A stretch of DNA of 49,100 nt, counting the filler, from Catajapyx aquilonaris (lineage: Eukaryota): the NCBI GenBank assembly GCA_000934665.2. It is 3 parts of 3 records of this genome, joined end to end, with 100 filler letters (N's around TTAATTAATTAA, not from the genome) between each part and the next. Parts side by side here need not be neighbours in the genome. Positions count along the whole stretch, not along the records: positions 1 to 16,304 come from KZ539659.1; positions 16,405 to 32,709 come from JYFJ02007239.1; 1 more part is not named here. One strand, given 5' to 3'. Each line of letters opens with the position of its first letter. Position 1 is the first letter of the stretch. This document shows positions 13,531 to 25,984 of this stretch, piece after piece. The translations under genes and the position numbers were made by a program. The notes below the pieces were generated by a model. That model saw only the letters and a program-made list of their open reading frames with translations, was not told the origin of the DNA and did no database searches.

Positions 13531-14206
13531 CGATTATAAGCAGGGTTGCCAGGTTGGTAAGCAAATAGCATATTTCTCACTCGGTCTCAGTGCTGTCATA
13601 AGCACGGGTCATAAAGTGAAAACACGCGGACACACGGTCTTACGGATCGTACCTTGGATTTGTGCAAGTCCGTGGATCGTACTGTCCGCAGCACTGCAGC
13701 ACTATGCCAGCACGGCCACAAAATTAGAAGGGAAGGGATGGAAATAGTCGGGAATAGTTATTGCGAGTTATTGTTACTCTACTATAGTCTACTGTCCGCT
13801 ACTGTCACTGTCGGTCACAGTTATAAATTTAACCGTTACTTTAAAATACGTTAATTACGTGGTGTTATCAATAACGGGTGTAAATAGTTATTTATAATAC
13901 CGGTATTAGGCCTATAATTTTGCGAAATGAACGTGTTGGTGCCAAATGAACGAAAATGTAGGTACTCCGCCGTAACGTACGGTACAACGCCTCGCAATGC
14001 TCGTATAGCAATAATTACTCATTTTCCCCTCATTTTGACTTGATAATCACGATTATAAAAGGTTCAAGTCTGAAATAAATAAACTCATGTTTTATGACAT
14101 TAATATTGTGAAACACTAATATGATTGAACATTTTATAAATTATTATGGATTATGTTGCAATCCACTCACAATCAGCATATATTCTACTAGTAATTCATG
14201 ACAATG

Positions 14207-14738
14207 GGGGGCGCGTTAGCAAAAAAATACGGTAACAATCGGTAACAATATGCGAGCCCTTGGCGACCACGTAAAGTCGTAAACAAACTCGCGTATGCAT
14301 GGACAGCATAATTATGGGGATTCGACATGCCTACGCTTCTGCGGCCGTACGGCCGCAAAAATGGTGCAATGGACACAAAAATTACACCAAAAAATAGGAC
14401 ATGATCTGGCGCCGCAGGGCACCTTCGGCGTCATTTTACCATTTTCGGCCTAGAAGTGAACTTTTCATCGAGTTAAAGTGAAAGGAAAATGGCGTTCCCG
14501 AAAAGCCCATTTGAATAACATGGCGGCAGGAAACGCGACAAAGTCGGGAACGCTTCTGTGCCCGTATGTCCACAATTTTAATGCAATCATATCGAGTATG
14601 TACGATACCGTAGTAAAGGCCAAACCTTTATTGCGCAGGGCACCTTCGTCGTGATTTTTCCGATTAACGGTGCGTTTCGCCACAAAAAATAAAATTCCCT
14701 CAAAAATGCGCCTACCGTATTTTTACTAATGCGCCCCC
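14207..14738. mobile_element. PIF/Harbinger-like MITE
   Basis: TIRs gggggcgcgttagcaaaaaaatacggta / taccgtatttttactaatgcgccccc. An internal segment (acatggcggcag...atgtccacaattttaatgcaatc) recurs at ~40780-40850. The TSD is unclear. Confidence 0.65.
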
Positions 14739-15973
14739 TTAATACTTAAATGTAGGCTATATTTAAAATTTCAGACATTTAACTGTGTCATATGGTTGAA
14801 ACTGAATTTATTGTTTTGGGAATGTAAATTGCTACTGGCAAAAGGTTTTCCTCCCAATTAAACTGATGTTGCTGTATTTAAATAAGCATTAATATTATGT
14901 TTTAAAGGGGAATATATATTTAATGGTTGGCTCTCACACATACCCACATCTTTGTTTATAATAATGTGTTGTCACTCTAATTATATTATTATTTTAGCCT
15001 GCGACATACATTCTTTCATATTCCTGCTTTTATCAGTTGCTACATTATTTTGGTCACATCACCAGAAGAAACGTTTGGAATTAATTATATGAAAGGGGTC
15101 AAAGGTGAGTAAATGTCTGGTGATTAGGCCTACCTACCCTTTATTTTCTTACGGGGACGGTATGGAAATGTTGACGCTGCCATGGTGGTTACATGGGTGG
15201 GTCAACTAAGCTGCTCCGACCCTCTAATTCAAATCGAAGTCCTCTGCACACACTCCAAAGGTAGCAGTTTGGAGTGATTTGCAGATAGCCAAGCAATCAA
15301 GAAGAAGAAGAAGAACAACACAGAGCCATAAGTCATGCCAGCTTCCCACCTTCTGAAGCTCCCTGTTCATTAACTTCCCTGTCCCCCTACTTGGGTAATT
15401 ATGTTCAACCTCTCCCCACGCATTGTAATAAATAAAATTTGTTTCCCTCTTCATGCATTTTGGCAGCTTCCCACATATGGAGCCAATGACATCAAAAAAG
15501 GAAATCTGGGATGTCACATTAGGATTAGGAGAATATGAAGTGCTCTCCAGGTCATAGTTGACGCCATCTTTTATGAAAACCTTTGCTCATGCATTATACT
15601 GGCAATTTTTACGAAGGAATTCAGCCTAGTTGGATGCCAATTTCTGAAAATCCAATATTGATTTTGTGGGTCCTTGCAGGTAAATACAGTAAAACTTTTA
15701 TAAGTCGAATCTCCATATATGGGACCGGGAAAAAACTTCGATTTATAGAAGATTTGCCATTTTGATAGAAGTTTGGATTTTTTAAAGCACAGACCTCTAT
15801 AAGGAAGCCTTTATATCCAGCGACTCGCTTTGCGAGGCGGGGGGGCTCCGCCCCCCCACACCCCCCCTTGGGGCTGCGCCCCAATTGGCTCGCCTTCGGC
15901 GCTACGCGTTCCCGCCCGGGCCTACCCACTTACCCAGCACCGCTAGAGAGCTGGAAATAATAACCTGGAGTTC

Positions 15974-16175
15974 GTCGTCAACGAACGAGTGACCAATGAA
16001 GCATGACAAATACCAGGATCACCACTACAGGGCTGGCAACAATAACGTCGTGGAGTATGTCGTCAACGGAGTGACCAATGAAGCAAGACAAATCCAGGAC
16101 CACCACTACAGGGCTGGCAACAATAACGTGGAGTATGTCGTCAACGGAGTGACCAATGAAGCATGACAAATACCA
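15974..16175 (+). repeat. Tandem repeat, ~80-bp unit x ~2.5, inside a GC-rich repeat element running up to the gap
   Basis: The unit gtcgtcaacggagtgaccaatgaagcatgacaaataccaggaccaccactacagggctggcaacaataacgtggagtat is repeated. Confidence 0.85.
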
Positions 16176-16304
16176 CACCTGCAACAATCAACCAACCTAC
16201 CAACCAGCAGCCAATCAACCAACAACAATGAGCGCGCCCCACAAACAACAGTCTCATCAATTTTAATATTAATTAGTTCATCATCATCCTTCACGGCTTT
16301 ATCC

Positions 16305-16404
16305 NNNNNNNNNNNNNNNNNNNNNNNNNNNNNNNNNNNNNNNNNNNNTTAATTAATTAANNNNNNNNNNNNNNNNNNNNNNNNNNNNNNNNNNNNNNNN
16401 NNNN
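16305..16404. other. Artificial scaffolding spacer (N44-TTAATTAATTAA-N44)
   Basis: Exactly 100 bp with a six-frame stop linker in the middle. The same construct occurs at 32710-32809. Confidence 0.95.
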
Positions 16405-16500
16405 GCGAGGTCCCGCGACGTGGCGGCTATCCTGAGGCGAGCTCGCCAGCTTCTGGCGACCTAGCGGCAAGCTCGCGGCTATGTTAAATTTTGGTAAGGG
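16405..16500. mobile_element. Right end of a GC-rich TIR transposon (CMC/EnSpm-like), truncated by the gap
   Basis: Ends aaattttggtaaggg|TA, the reverse complement of the end at 32539. Carries GCGAG/CTCGC subterminal repeats. Confidence 0.65.
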
Positions 16501-18186
16501 TATAGATGGTGAGACAAAAGGTCACTTGGTGCAAGATCAGAACCATGGTTTTTTGACCGTATGGAGTTCCAAGGCGTTCCACTTGAATATCTGGAGAAGG
16601 ACGCACTACAGTATCGAATAGCAAATAGCAGTTTATACGCGATCAGTACTCAAAGTATCCCGCAATTCAAGTGGGACATCGTTTCCATGGATAACTAGAT
16701 GATAAGAGTTTGAGTGAAGTGGGAGCTAAAGACAAAATTGTTTGAATAATATTTACGGCCAAACTTACTTTTGGAACGCGGTAATAGCATCCAAATTAGC
16801 TGACTGTAGACAAACCCTTTATGCTATAGTTACAGTTTTATAGTGTTACTTTTATAATGGAGCTGCAAATTAATATTCGATAAAAAGAGACTATAGTGCA
16901 GATGGGATCCACACACTTTCATTATGTTTAATCATTGAAGTGGCTTAGGAAAAAAGACCCATCCAAAGAATCCCGTGGGTGCAGGGAGAGTTTCCCGTAA
17001 TTTTGTACATATAGCATAATCACAATTGAATTTAAGTAGTCAGATGAAGTGAAGCCCAGTAAAACATGGATATCCAAATAGTGAGAAACATTCATTTTAT
17101 TAATTAGAACCGGCGTCCAGCTGTCCAACGTTACTTGACCAGGCTGGTAATCGACATGACAAGTCGAGCTAGGTTAATACTGCGACGTTCACGTTAGTCC
17201 CTTCAATTTCCTCGACGCCACCCTTTATTATTCTGGTCTGTGACACACGAGCGACAACACTATAATTGGTGGATTGGCAAGGCAAGGACATCCAATTAAA
17301 ATAAACACTCGAAGAGTCTTCCTTTTAATCATTTGTTCCTTGGAGGGTGACGGTTCGTATAATTCTAAGGGCAATTCAAAAGGCACGAGAAATAAATAAT
17401 GAATTAGCTCTATTTAGTCTTTAACTAGGACCGAAACAGCAAAATACTAGTTTTACCTGTAGTAGATTGATAGGAAAGTACTAGTGCACAATTTAGTAAT
17501 GCCGGAGGTTGAAAGGAGTCCAAATGCGTGGGCGTGGCTCCAAATAGCCCTCTTTTTGTCGACCCCCCGCCCAAAATTCCGAAGGTGTCAAGTAGCACTG
17601 GACTGATTCTCCATAAAGCTGCCTACGGCCCGAAGACGCAATGGCAGTTAAAAGGAAGAAGAGTTTGTGGGGGGGGGGGTGGCCTCCCNCCTCCTTTCCT
17701 TAAAAAAAAAAAGTTCCGCATACTCCCGTTCCCCCAACAAATGGAAAAAGTTGGTTCCCAATTCCGGAAAGAGAGAACCCAAGTCTCGGCCCACGGGTTC
17801 CGCCCTGTGTTATGGCCTCCATAAAAAACTCACCCCCGACACCTTCCCTGAAATGAAAATCTCTTACATTTGTAACCCCACCGATTTTAATGTCCCAGCC
17901 CACCCCCGCTTTTGACTCGTGTGGTATCCATATCATTTACACACTGCCTTCACTCATCACCTTTTGGGACACTTTCTAACTTTTAGAACGCACCTTAGAA
18001 GCAAGGTCACTGGTCCGGTGGATTTCAAGTGTATTTGCCAATAACTGCACAAAAAATTTTCAATAACTGAGGCATGTCCTCAATAGACTGATAGGAAAGA
18101 CTTTCATATCGGGAGACTGATGTCAGTGATGTGGCATACTCTATAGTCTATAGCAACTTATCCCATGACCTAACTTCCCTTCCCGC

Positions 18187-18267
18187 CGGATACACACCTA
18201 TCCTTCAGCGGATACACACCCATCCTTCAGCGGATACACGCCTATCTTTTAGCAGATACGAACCTAG
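18187..18267 (+). repeat. 22-bp tandem repeat x ~3.6
   Basis: cggatacacacctatccttcag with variants. Confidence 0.85.
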
Positions 18268-19197
18268 GAAAGTAGGTAAAAGTGCTGGGTCTCCTGATAT
18301 GAAAGCGTAGCTGACTGATAACCAATGGTCACTCTCGAATTTTTTGAGTCATGTAACTCGCAATTAAATTTACAAATCACAGCACCAGTTTTCATGGCTA
18401 CCTGGGTGCGTTTTAAAAATCGGAAGAATAGCTGGATACGCTTCCTTCTCGTATTTCTTACGCTTTTTTTTGTTGGCAACGGAACACGTGAAAGTGCAGG
18501 TCAACGTCACGCTTATAGTGAGGCCTGATCTCGTGTTACTCGCCATCAGGATTCTGGGTAATCTACTCTTTTCCATGAAATACCTCGCGTGTACCCTACC
18601 TTCGAATGTAGTAGGTCAGAGTTCACACAATTCGTATTAATTCTCCTCCATCGAATAATACTGATTCAATCCAGGGCATGGAAAGCGATGACAGAAGAAC
18701 GCAAAGTGAATACTGTAGGAGGTACATGTATTCTTTCCTGATATCTCTGTTCTAGTTCAGATATCAAAAAAAAAAAGTTTTGCCGCATTGTCCCCCAGCG
18801 TTAAGCATAGTATAATCGAACATCACAACTATTTCTAGAGGCGAATACTGTAAGCTATAATAAGCTGAATGCACACCTACACACCCGCATCGTATAGGCA
18901 CAAGTTGCCCTGCATTCTGTATGATATTGTCACAGCGTACTGTACAGTATAGCTACTACATCAGCACCCTCCGAATTTCATTGCGGCAACTATGACACTA
19001 GAGCCGAACAAAGCGAGCTTTGCCTCTTCGACCCGCAATCTATTACTTTGTCGGCATGTATACATCCGTAAGGTATATTAATCTAGTCCTATAGTGTAAT
19101 ATAGCGGATAATATCGATAGGAATTTTTCATTGTGAAATTTTCAGTTTTGATTCGCAATAGTATATAGTTATGATTTTTTTTGGTCAAACCCAGGCG

Positions 19198-19198
<1 letters not shown>

Positions 19199-19248
<50 letters not shown>

Positions 19249-19870
19249 ATAAGAGATCTTAAATGCTAATTTGAGGCCAGCGTGATGAAAAACGAGTGGA
19301 AGAATTTTCAATTTTTGCATAGAGCATGGCGTGGGAAGTATGCAGCCATTACGTGAGCAGATAGGGTATATGTAAGGCGTTTCTGGGAAAGCAATTACTG
19401 GGTCTAGCTGCAAGAGTAGTCTAGTGGAGCAGATATAAGGTGCAGCACTTGTGGCTGGCCTTTGCCGGGGTCTGCAGGTGTCAAGCGCCGACTGAGAGGT
19501 TGTTGCTTGGCACGAAATCGTTTGGTATCGTTCTAACCCCTCGAGAGGATTGTTACAATCTATTATCTTGGCAAATTGCTTCCACTTGTAGGTTAAGGTT
19601 GAAGGGCGGAGGGGGGAAATACTAATCGCAAGCTCTGGGTATTTTGGGGCACCTGACCACAGGCTTTCCATAAAGCTTGAAAAATAGTTTTGATTTCCCA
19701 GCAACATTTTGTGTGCCACGTGAGATGAAGAGCATGGAGGGGCCTGGTATATATTGGCAAGAGTAATGGCGAAACTCAGCAGTGGCTTCCTTGCAACATC
19801 TGGCTGACTACCGGAGAATGGGTAGGGGTGTTCTAAAAGTGAGCTTCCAAATGGATGGGGAATAACGTGC
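19199..19870 (-). mobile_element. Probable 3' remnant of a non-LTR retrotransposon with a (TAA)n tail
   Basis: A (TTA)n tract at ~19199-19250 abuts ~600 bp of higher-GC, coding-like sequence. No diagnostic RT motif was recognised. The microsatellite is certain, while the LINE assignment is inference. Confidence 0.4.
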
Positions 19871-22800
19871 TGCAATTCATAACTGGCTGCTACTCCCCTC
19901 GAAACCTAATTATTATTACAGCCGTTTTATTAATTTATCGTATTCATTACCTGCTCTTAGAAACATTCACGCATTCGTGCAGTGCAGCCCCCGGTGCGAC
20001 AGAACATTTTGCTGGCCGGAATTCCTATACAGCAGGGGCTCCAGCATTTTATTGCTCTCATGCGAAAATGATATCGACGTCCATTTTGCTAATGCGTCTA
20101 TCACACTGGACAATCCGGAGAGCCGGCATATTTTCAGCACCATGAACAAGATTCATTATCATGATGCCCAACCTTTTACTAAATTGGCTGGAAAATACTC
20201 CTACACCGCTTAGATGTGCAGTATGATTACTCAAATGTCATTTTTAGTAGTGCGCGTTCATTTGAACATGGTAGCTCAAGTTATACGATGCTGCAGGTGC
20301 ACTTAAGAAATCACATCAGGAAGACGCGTTGAATATTAGTGGACGTCAGTTAACATTCAGACAAACTCTAAATGATATTTAAACTCCAGCATATTTGCCT
20401 GCCTAAATTGTGTTTGAGCATACTCTGACCTTTGAAGCTAATTTACATAGATTAGGGGTGTGGCCTATTATGTTCCCTTGATGGGCCTTATCCTGACCTG
20501 CTATACAACCCCACCCTTGTCTTACGAGCGGCATAACCTGCAGGCGTAAAAAGAAAGTGCGACATGGCATTCAAGGCTATATGCCTATATGGTGATGACA
20601 ATAATATTTTGTGCACACCGCTGCGCTGGCCCCCACCCCTTTTCAGCATCATGTCCACTTTAATTTCGCGCATATAATGCCCCGCTTTTAAATCGCACGC
20701 GAATGATGGATTCGTGCCCGAAAGTCGTGGACATTACAACTAAAAGCCGCCATCGATGTGCACAATGCTTGTACCAAATTCACTTCAGAGAGAGAGACTC
20801 CTTCCCTCCCATCTAACCCCCTCCCCCCTCTCCCTTCCTTAACAATACAGGGATGCCGGACACAATGACAAGCTTCGTTTCTCCGATGCCCCCGCTTTAC
20901 CCCACCAAAAGCGAATGGGATATAAATTCAATTTCGAGCCTGTGAATGGAGCCCCCCTCCCCTCCCCTCCAAAACAAACATTGAAGCAGGGGCCAGCCCT
21001 CCTGGAGGAAAGGGTGAATGCGGCCATCTTGGAGAAGAAGAAAAACGCTGTGGCCCCGGAACCTTCTTCCCACCCACACAAAGAGGTTGAGTAGAGAGCA
21101 TAGGGATCCCCGGCTTGTATAGGAAGGATATAGCCTATACGACCTGGCTCTTTGATCGTCTCCGCCTCTATGTTATAAAAAATATTTTGTCGTCCCCCCC
21201 TTCCTCCACCCCCTTCTTTGGGACGAAAAATGGAAAGGAACTGGCTGACTCCTAGCGGATGGACTGGACGTGCTTTGGAAAGAGGAAGTAGGGCCAATTT
21301 AATAGACGGTCGAAAAAAAAGTGCATTTCACTACTGAAGTTAATTATGGCTAGCTGAAAGTTTGAAGTGGAAAAACTTTGAGCAATTGGTACCTTTCTGT
21401 ACTTGTATAACGCTCCGTTGTATATGATACGGTGCAGTAAACTGACACCTTGTTAAACCATTCAGAAGCAGCGAAGTTGCTTCCTGTTCCAGCCTTGTTT
21501 GAGAGGGAAACAGTTGTTACATAAACCACGAGTTACCCTATCAAACACTGCTTAGGTATTTTTAAGGGTTTGAAATATGATATACATAATACTTTTGAAG
21601 GGAGAGTATTACACGAAATTATCTGAATGGTGGGAGCCAGAAATATTTTCTTGAAAAATTTCCCTACTGTCATGACATTTTGCTTGTCGCGGGTGTAGAG
21701 TGCATAATATTGATTAAAACAGCCCATGGGTGTCGTACTTTATACTTTTACGTTCTATAGGCCACATCGAGCTTTGATCAGCTTCACAAGAGCAAACACT
21801 GATATTTTATTCATGTGATGTATGCTAGTAGTATAATTATCCATACGTGAAGCGCTTTCCAATATGGTATCATAAAAATTAAACGAATAACTATTTGAAA
21901 TACTGCTGTTAAAAATATTGACATTTGAAAGTACTGGACACACGATTAAATAAAAACACATCTCACATTTACAATAACAACGCTGTGATCACAATAATTA
22001 TGGCGAAGACAAATAATACCTGCAACTACAGTGTATTATGCCGCGGGGGTTTTCAGTATCATATAGCTACATATTAATTAATGCAATAATATATGTCAGC
22101 CTCAGTGTGCTGTCCTGTATTACCACTTAAAAAGAGATTCATTGTCGAAATGTCTTTTACCCAGAGTGTCATGAAGACATACACTCTCACCTCAGGACGT
22201 TCAAATGTGAAACACTTCAAGGCCAGAGGAGCAACTGAAAAATGTACAGTAAGTACAGTATATTATTATAATATGAATAAATTAAAGGTCTACATAAAAT
22301 GACGCAGTTTCTTGTTTCTGTGATGCAAATTAAAAATAGAAAAAAATTAACCAAAAATTTTATATACGGCCAAACATGTTATAACAAAAATTTGTAATCA
22401 AGGGAACACTCAACAAGCAATGCTGTTGGATTAGTGTACATTATACGAAAGCATATACGTGTAAATCACATTGTCAATTTTTGCTTTATTGAATAGTAAT
22501 GAAGAGAGAGCATACAGTATATCCAGGGGACATGGTTGGGGAGAGCCCCGGTTTTACAGAGGACAGAAATATTTCGTGTGTGTATAGTACTGAATGGTAA
22601 AAAACTTTATAACTGATCCATCTCATCTGCCATTGTAAATCCTCACTTTTTTGGTCCATTTTATATATTATACTGGCCCATTACATGTTTGAAGGCATGC
22701 ATCAGTGACATCGATCCATAGTTTGGTTGGTCCAAAAACTTTCATCCAATGACTTTCTTGACATGAAAATCTGCAATAATATCCGTTAACACGAACCTAT

Positions 22801-24351
22801 AGTTTGTCCTTTAAGGCATTATATATCGTACATTTTATCACGGCAGCATGGAATGTCATGGCGTGATGCACTTGTGATAAATCAGTAGTCAAGGACTCGA
22901 GTTTTATCAGCAAACTCAGGTGCATAACGTACCTTAGAAGCAGGTGGAAAAGGTCAGCACACGAGAGTTGACTATACATGAACACTGCAGTTTGCATTCT
23001 GAAAGAAGCACGACGTGTTTGGCAGTGGCAGAAAGTCAATAAGCCTTCCTGAGGCTAAAATGAGGAACAAGCTTAATTCTTTTAGAAATTTCCATTGCAG
23101 CATTAATATCGTGCTAAATATAACTGGAGGTAAAGGTATGAATTGATTACATATTTTGGTATGCTTACTACATGGTCGTAGAGTGTTTTATTTACTGGAT
23201 CGGTTAGGCTAGAAGTTTGCGTGAATGAATTAATCATTTCTCCGCAGCTCATACATGTTAACTTATGAAAAGGCGGTTGAAGCCTTCATAAGCCAGTCTT
23301 CTAAATCGTGCGCTTTAACTAGCCGCTCCATGTAGCGCCTCACTACTCTAGTTCAGATCACAGGGGGTACTGTACTTCTAACAATAAAACGAGACTTGTA
23401 ATATAGTAGGGTACACTACTGTTTATCTTGTGGGCAATGGGTACGTTTTATATCTGATTTTTCTAGAACCGTTTTAAAATTAAGTTTAAATTTGTCCTTA
23501 TAGGTTTGTTTTGATATGTGAAATAGGTTATGTGTATAAAATGCATGCACATAGAGGTTCAATTCCAAGTCATCAGCTCAAGGCCAAAATATGTTATGGA
23601 TTGTTTACCCCAGAAACCAGTTCAAAGAGAAGAAAGACGCTGGAAGTAACAATCAAGACCTCACTCATATGTTATCATTTTTTCGCTCTTGAAACTGGTT
23701 GCAAGGTTAAACAATTGACAAGTTCATCCCTTGAACTGGGGTTTTGAGAGTACAAGTATCAATAAGGGCTAATTAAAAATTTAAGTATAATACTAATAAC
23801 TTTTAATTTAGATTAAATCACATGACCTTTGGCTTAGTGTGAGGCAGACCTAAAATATGAAAATTATATTATGATGGGATGCCTCATATTAGGCCTATCT
23901 CTCCATACTTCTAAACTTCAAGGGGCTGGATTTAGTTTTCCAAAAATAATTAGAAGTTATGCACAAGAGTTTTTACCATACTACAGCATGGTATGAACGC
24001 CCATCTCTCAGTCAGCCTGCTGCGTTGTAACCTGAAGGCATTAGTCATCCATACCTCTAAATTCTGTGTCCAGTGTGATGCAGATTAATTTGGTTGCAGA
24101 AAATTCTTGATCCATCATTACCGGTAAATGAAAAGTGATGCTATCCTGAAAGCATGCTACTCTGGTCCTGTCTTGTTTAGACACGACACCATCGAGAAAA
24201 AGTGCCATAATTGAAAGGATCTCTTCAATGATTTTTTGTTTCACCGACGGCCACAAACATTGATGGAAGTTATCATAATTATGCATATACGTACATAAGT
24301 AACATGTGTGACACCACCATATAAACAAGTTGACTCATCGTCTAGGTAGTA

Positions 24352-25984
24352 CACTGAAAACCTGGAGTGCATTAAAATATGCACGAAGTGAATATGTGGA
24401 GCAGAATATGCACCTATCGCATGAAATTATGCACGAAATGTCAATGGTTTGCATTATTTTATTCACTTTTGAAAGCTGCATAAATTCATGCAGCGACAAC
24501 ATTCGCTAAGTAAGTAATTAAATTCACTATATGAATGATGTTATTCATATAGTGCATATTGACGTCATTTTTATTCATTTCATGCAGTTTATGCAGTAAG
24601 TGAATGGAACAAAAGCAGTGCGTTATTTTATTCACTTACTGCATAGACTGCATAAAATGCAATAAGTGAATGAAATAATGGACTGCTTTTTTCCATTCAC
24701 TTACTGCATTTATGCATTTTATGCAGAAGTGAATAAATTAACGGGGATGACGTCATGCGTGTGACGTCATGATGAAGGTCAGGTCTATCGGGTTTGCGGT
24801 TATCGGGAGCCAACTTATACTGACAAGACTGAAGCAGCCTTCGTTTGGCAACGGAAGGGATGACAGAAGGCGGGGCCGCGAGTACAATGGACACATCAGC
24901 AACGTAAGTAACCTAGATAATCAAGTAATAATGTATCCGTATTTGTTGACATTTACACTGCTGTCGTACTATATGTTTGATCTGTTCCTCTATGCGACAC
25001 TCCCTTTCTATTTGATTTCCCCCATTTGAGTGCATTTTTGGCGTTAGCACTAATTACTGTTCCACTTACAGCAAAAATGGTTTGTTTTGGAAATCGACTT
25101 ACTTAACTCCAAAACGTGACTCCACATGGCTTCAAAAATAATTAACCACAAGGCGCGGATGAAAAAGGAAATGAAATATGTAAGTATATGTACAGTAATT
25201 TGTGTAATCATAATCTTTAATATTTCAGAGTAATAATGTTATTAATTACGCAGCAATTAATTTCATGCATTTACTCCAACCCTTTTCTTCCAGACATAGC
25301 CGCATCCGTACCGGAGATTGTGAATATTGAACAAAGGAAGGATGGTACATGTAGAATTGCACACTTCTCATCCGTCAATGTATACAACTGTCAGTATTAA
25401 CTGTACGTAAGTGTATGCCTCGGCTGTGCTTCATTTCATTAATTTGTGGCTCATAATTTCATGTCATATTATGCAGAAGATTATTAGGATGATCCTTATA
25501 ATGACCGCATCAGAAATGCAGAATTTTATGACGATCAAAGGAAATATTATATAAGGATGTTGTTATGAAAGGAATCAGCTGCAGCATATTTTAATACTGT
25601 GCATGTATTTACTCAATGTATGTCAATTAGTATGGGAAATAAATGATTATTGCCAAATGCATACGTTTATTTATACAGGTGTGTATTGAACTGCCAAAGA
25701 ATTCACCCAAATGCATATAGTCTATTAATGCACTTAAATGAATAAAGTGACTTTATTCACCTGTCCCAGTTTCAAGTTGGCAAGTGAATTAATATATTCA
25801 CATTGATGCATAAGTTTATTTACTAAATGAATAGAGTGAAATTATTCACTTGTCCAATATGGTGAATTTAAAAATGCACTCAATGCATATATTAATGCAT
25901 TTGAAATGAATAAAGTGAAATTATTCACCTGTCCCAGTTTCGAGTTGGTAAGTGAATAAAATTATGCACCCCAGGTTTTCAGTG
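24352..25984. mobile_element. Non-autonomous CACTA/EnSpm-like DNA transposon
   Basis: TA|cactgaaaacctggagtgca...tgcaccccaggttttcagtg|TA, with dense subterminal repeats (ttattcac/gtgaata, atgca) over ~400 bp at each end. Confidence 0.85.

Noticed and set aside
15974..16175. Repeats resembling a CRISPR array
   Set aside because: The units are contiguous tandem copies without unique spacers, the context is eukaryotic, and there are no cas genes.
16349..16360. TTAATTAATTAA motif recurring at 32754
   Set aside because: It is centred in N runs of identical length, so it is an assembly linker rather than biology.
17500..17940. Overlapping ORFs in a GC- and homopolymer-rich stretch
   Set aside because: The stretch contains an N and inflated homopolymers typical of low-quality sequence, and the ORFs show no protein similarity.
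19078..19875. Longest ORF in the track (265 aa with poly-Asn)
   Set aside because: The poly-N comes from a (TAA)n microsatellite and there is no recognisable domain. It is more likely a retroelement remnant than a gene.
20700..21300. CpG-rich stretch with a YY1-like motif and a 152-aa ORF
   Set aside because: The translation is low-complexity and no linked exons were found. It cannot be distinguished from a transposon interior.
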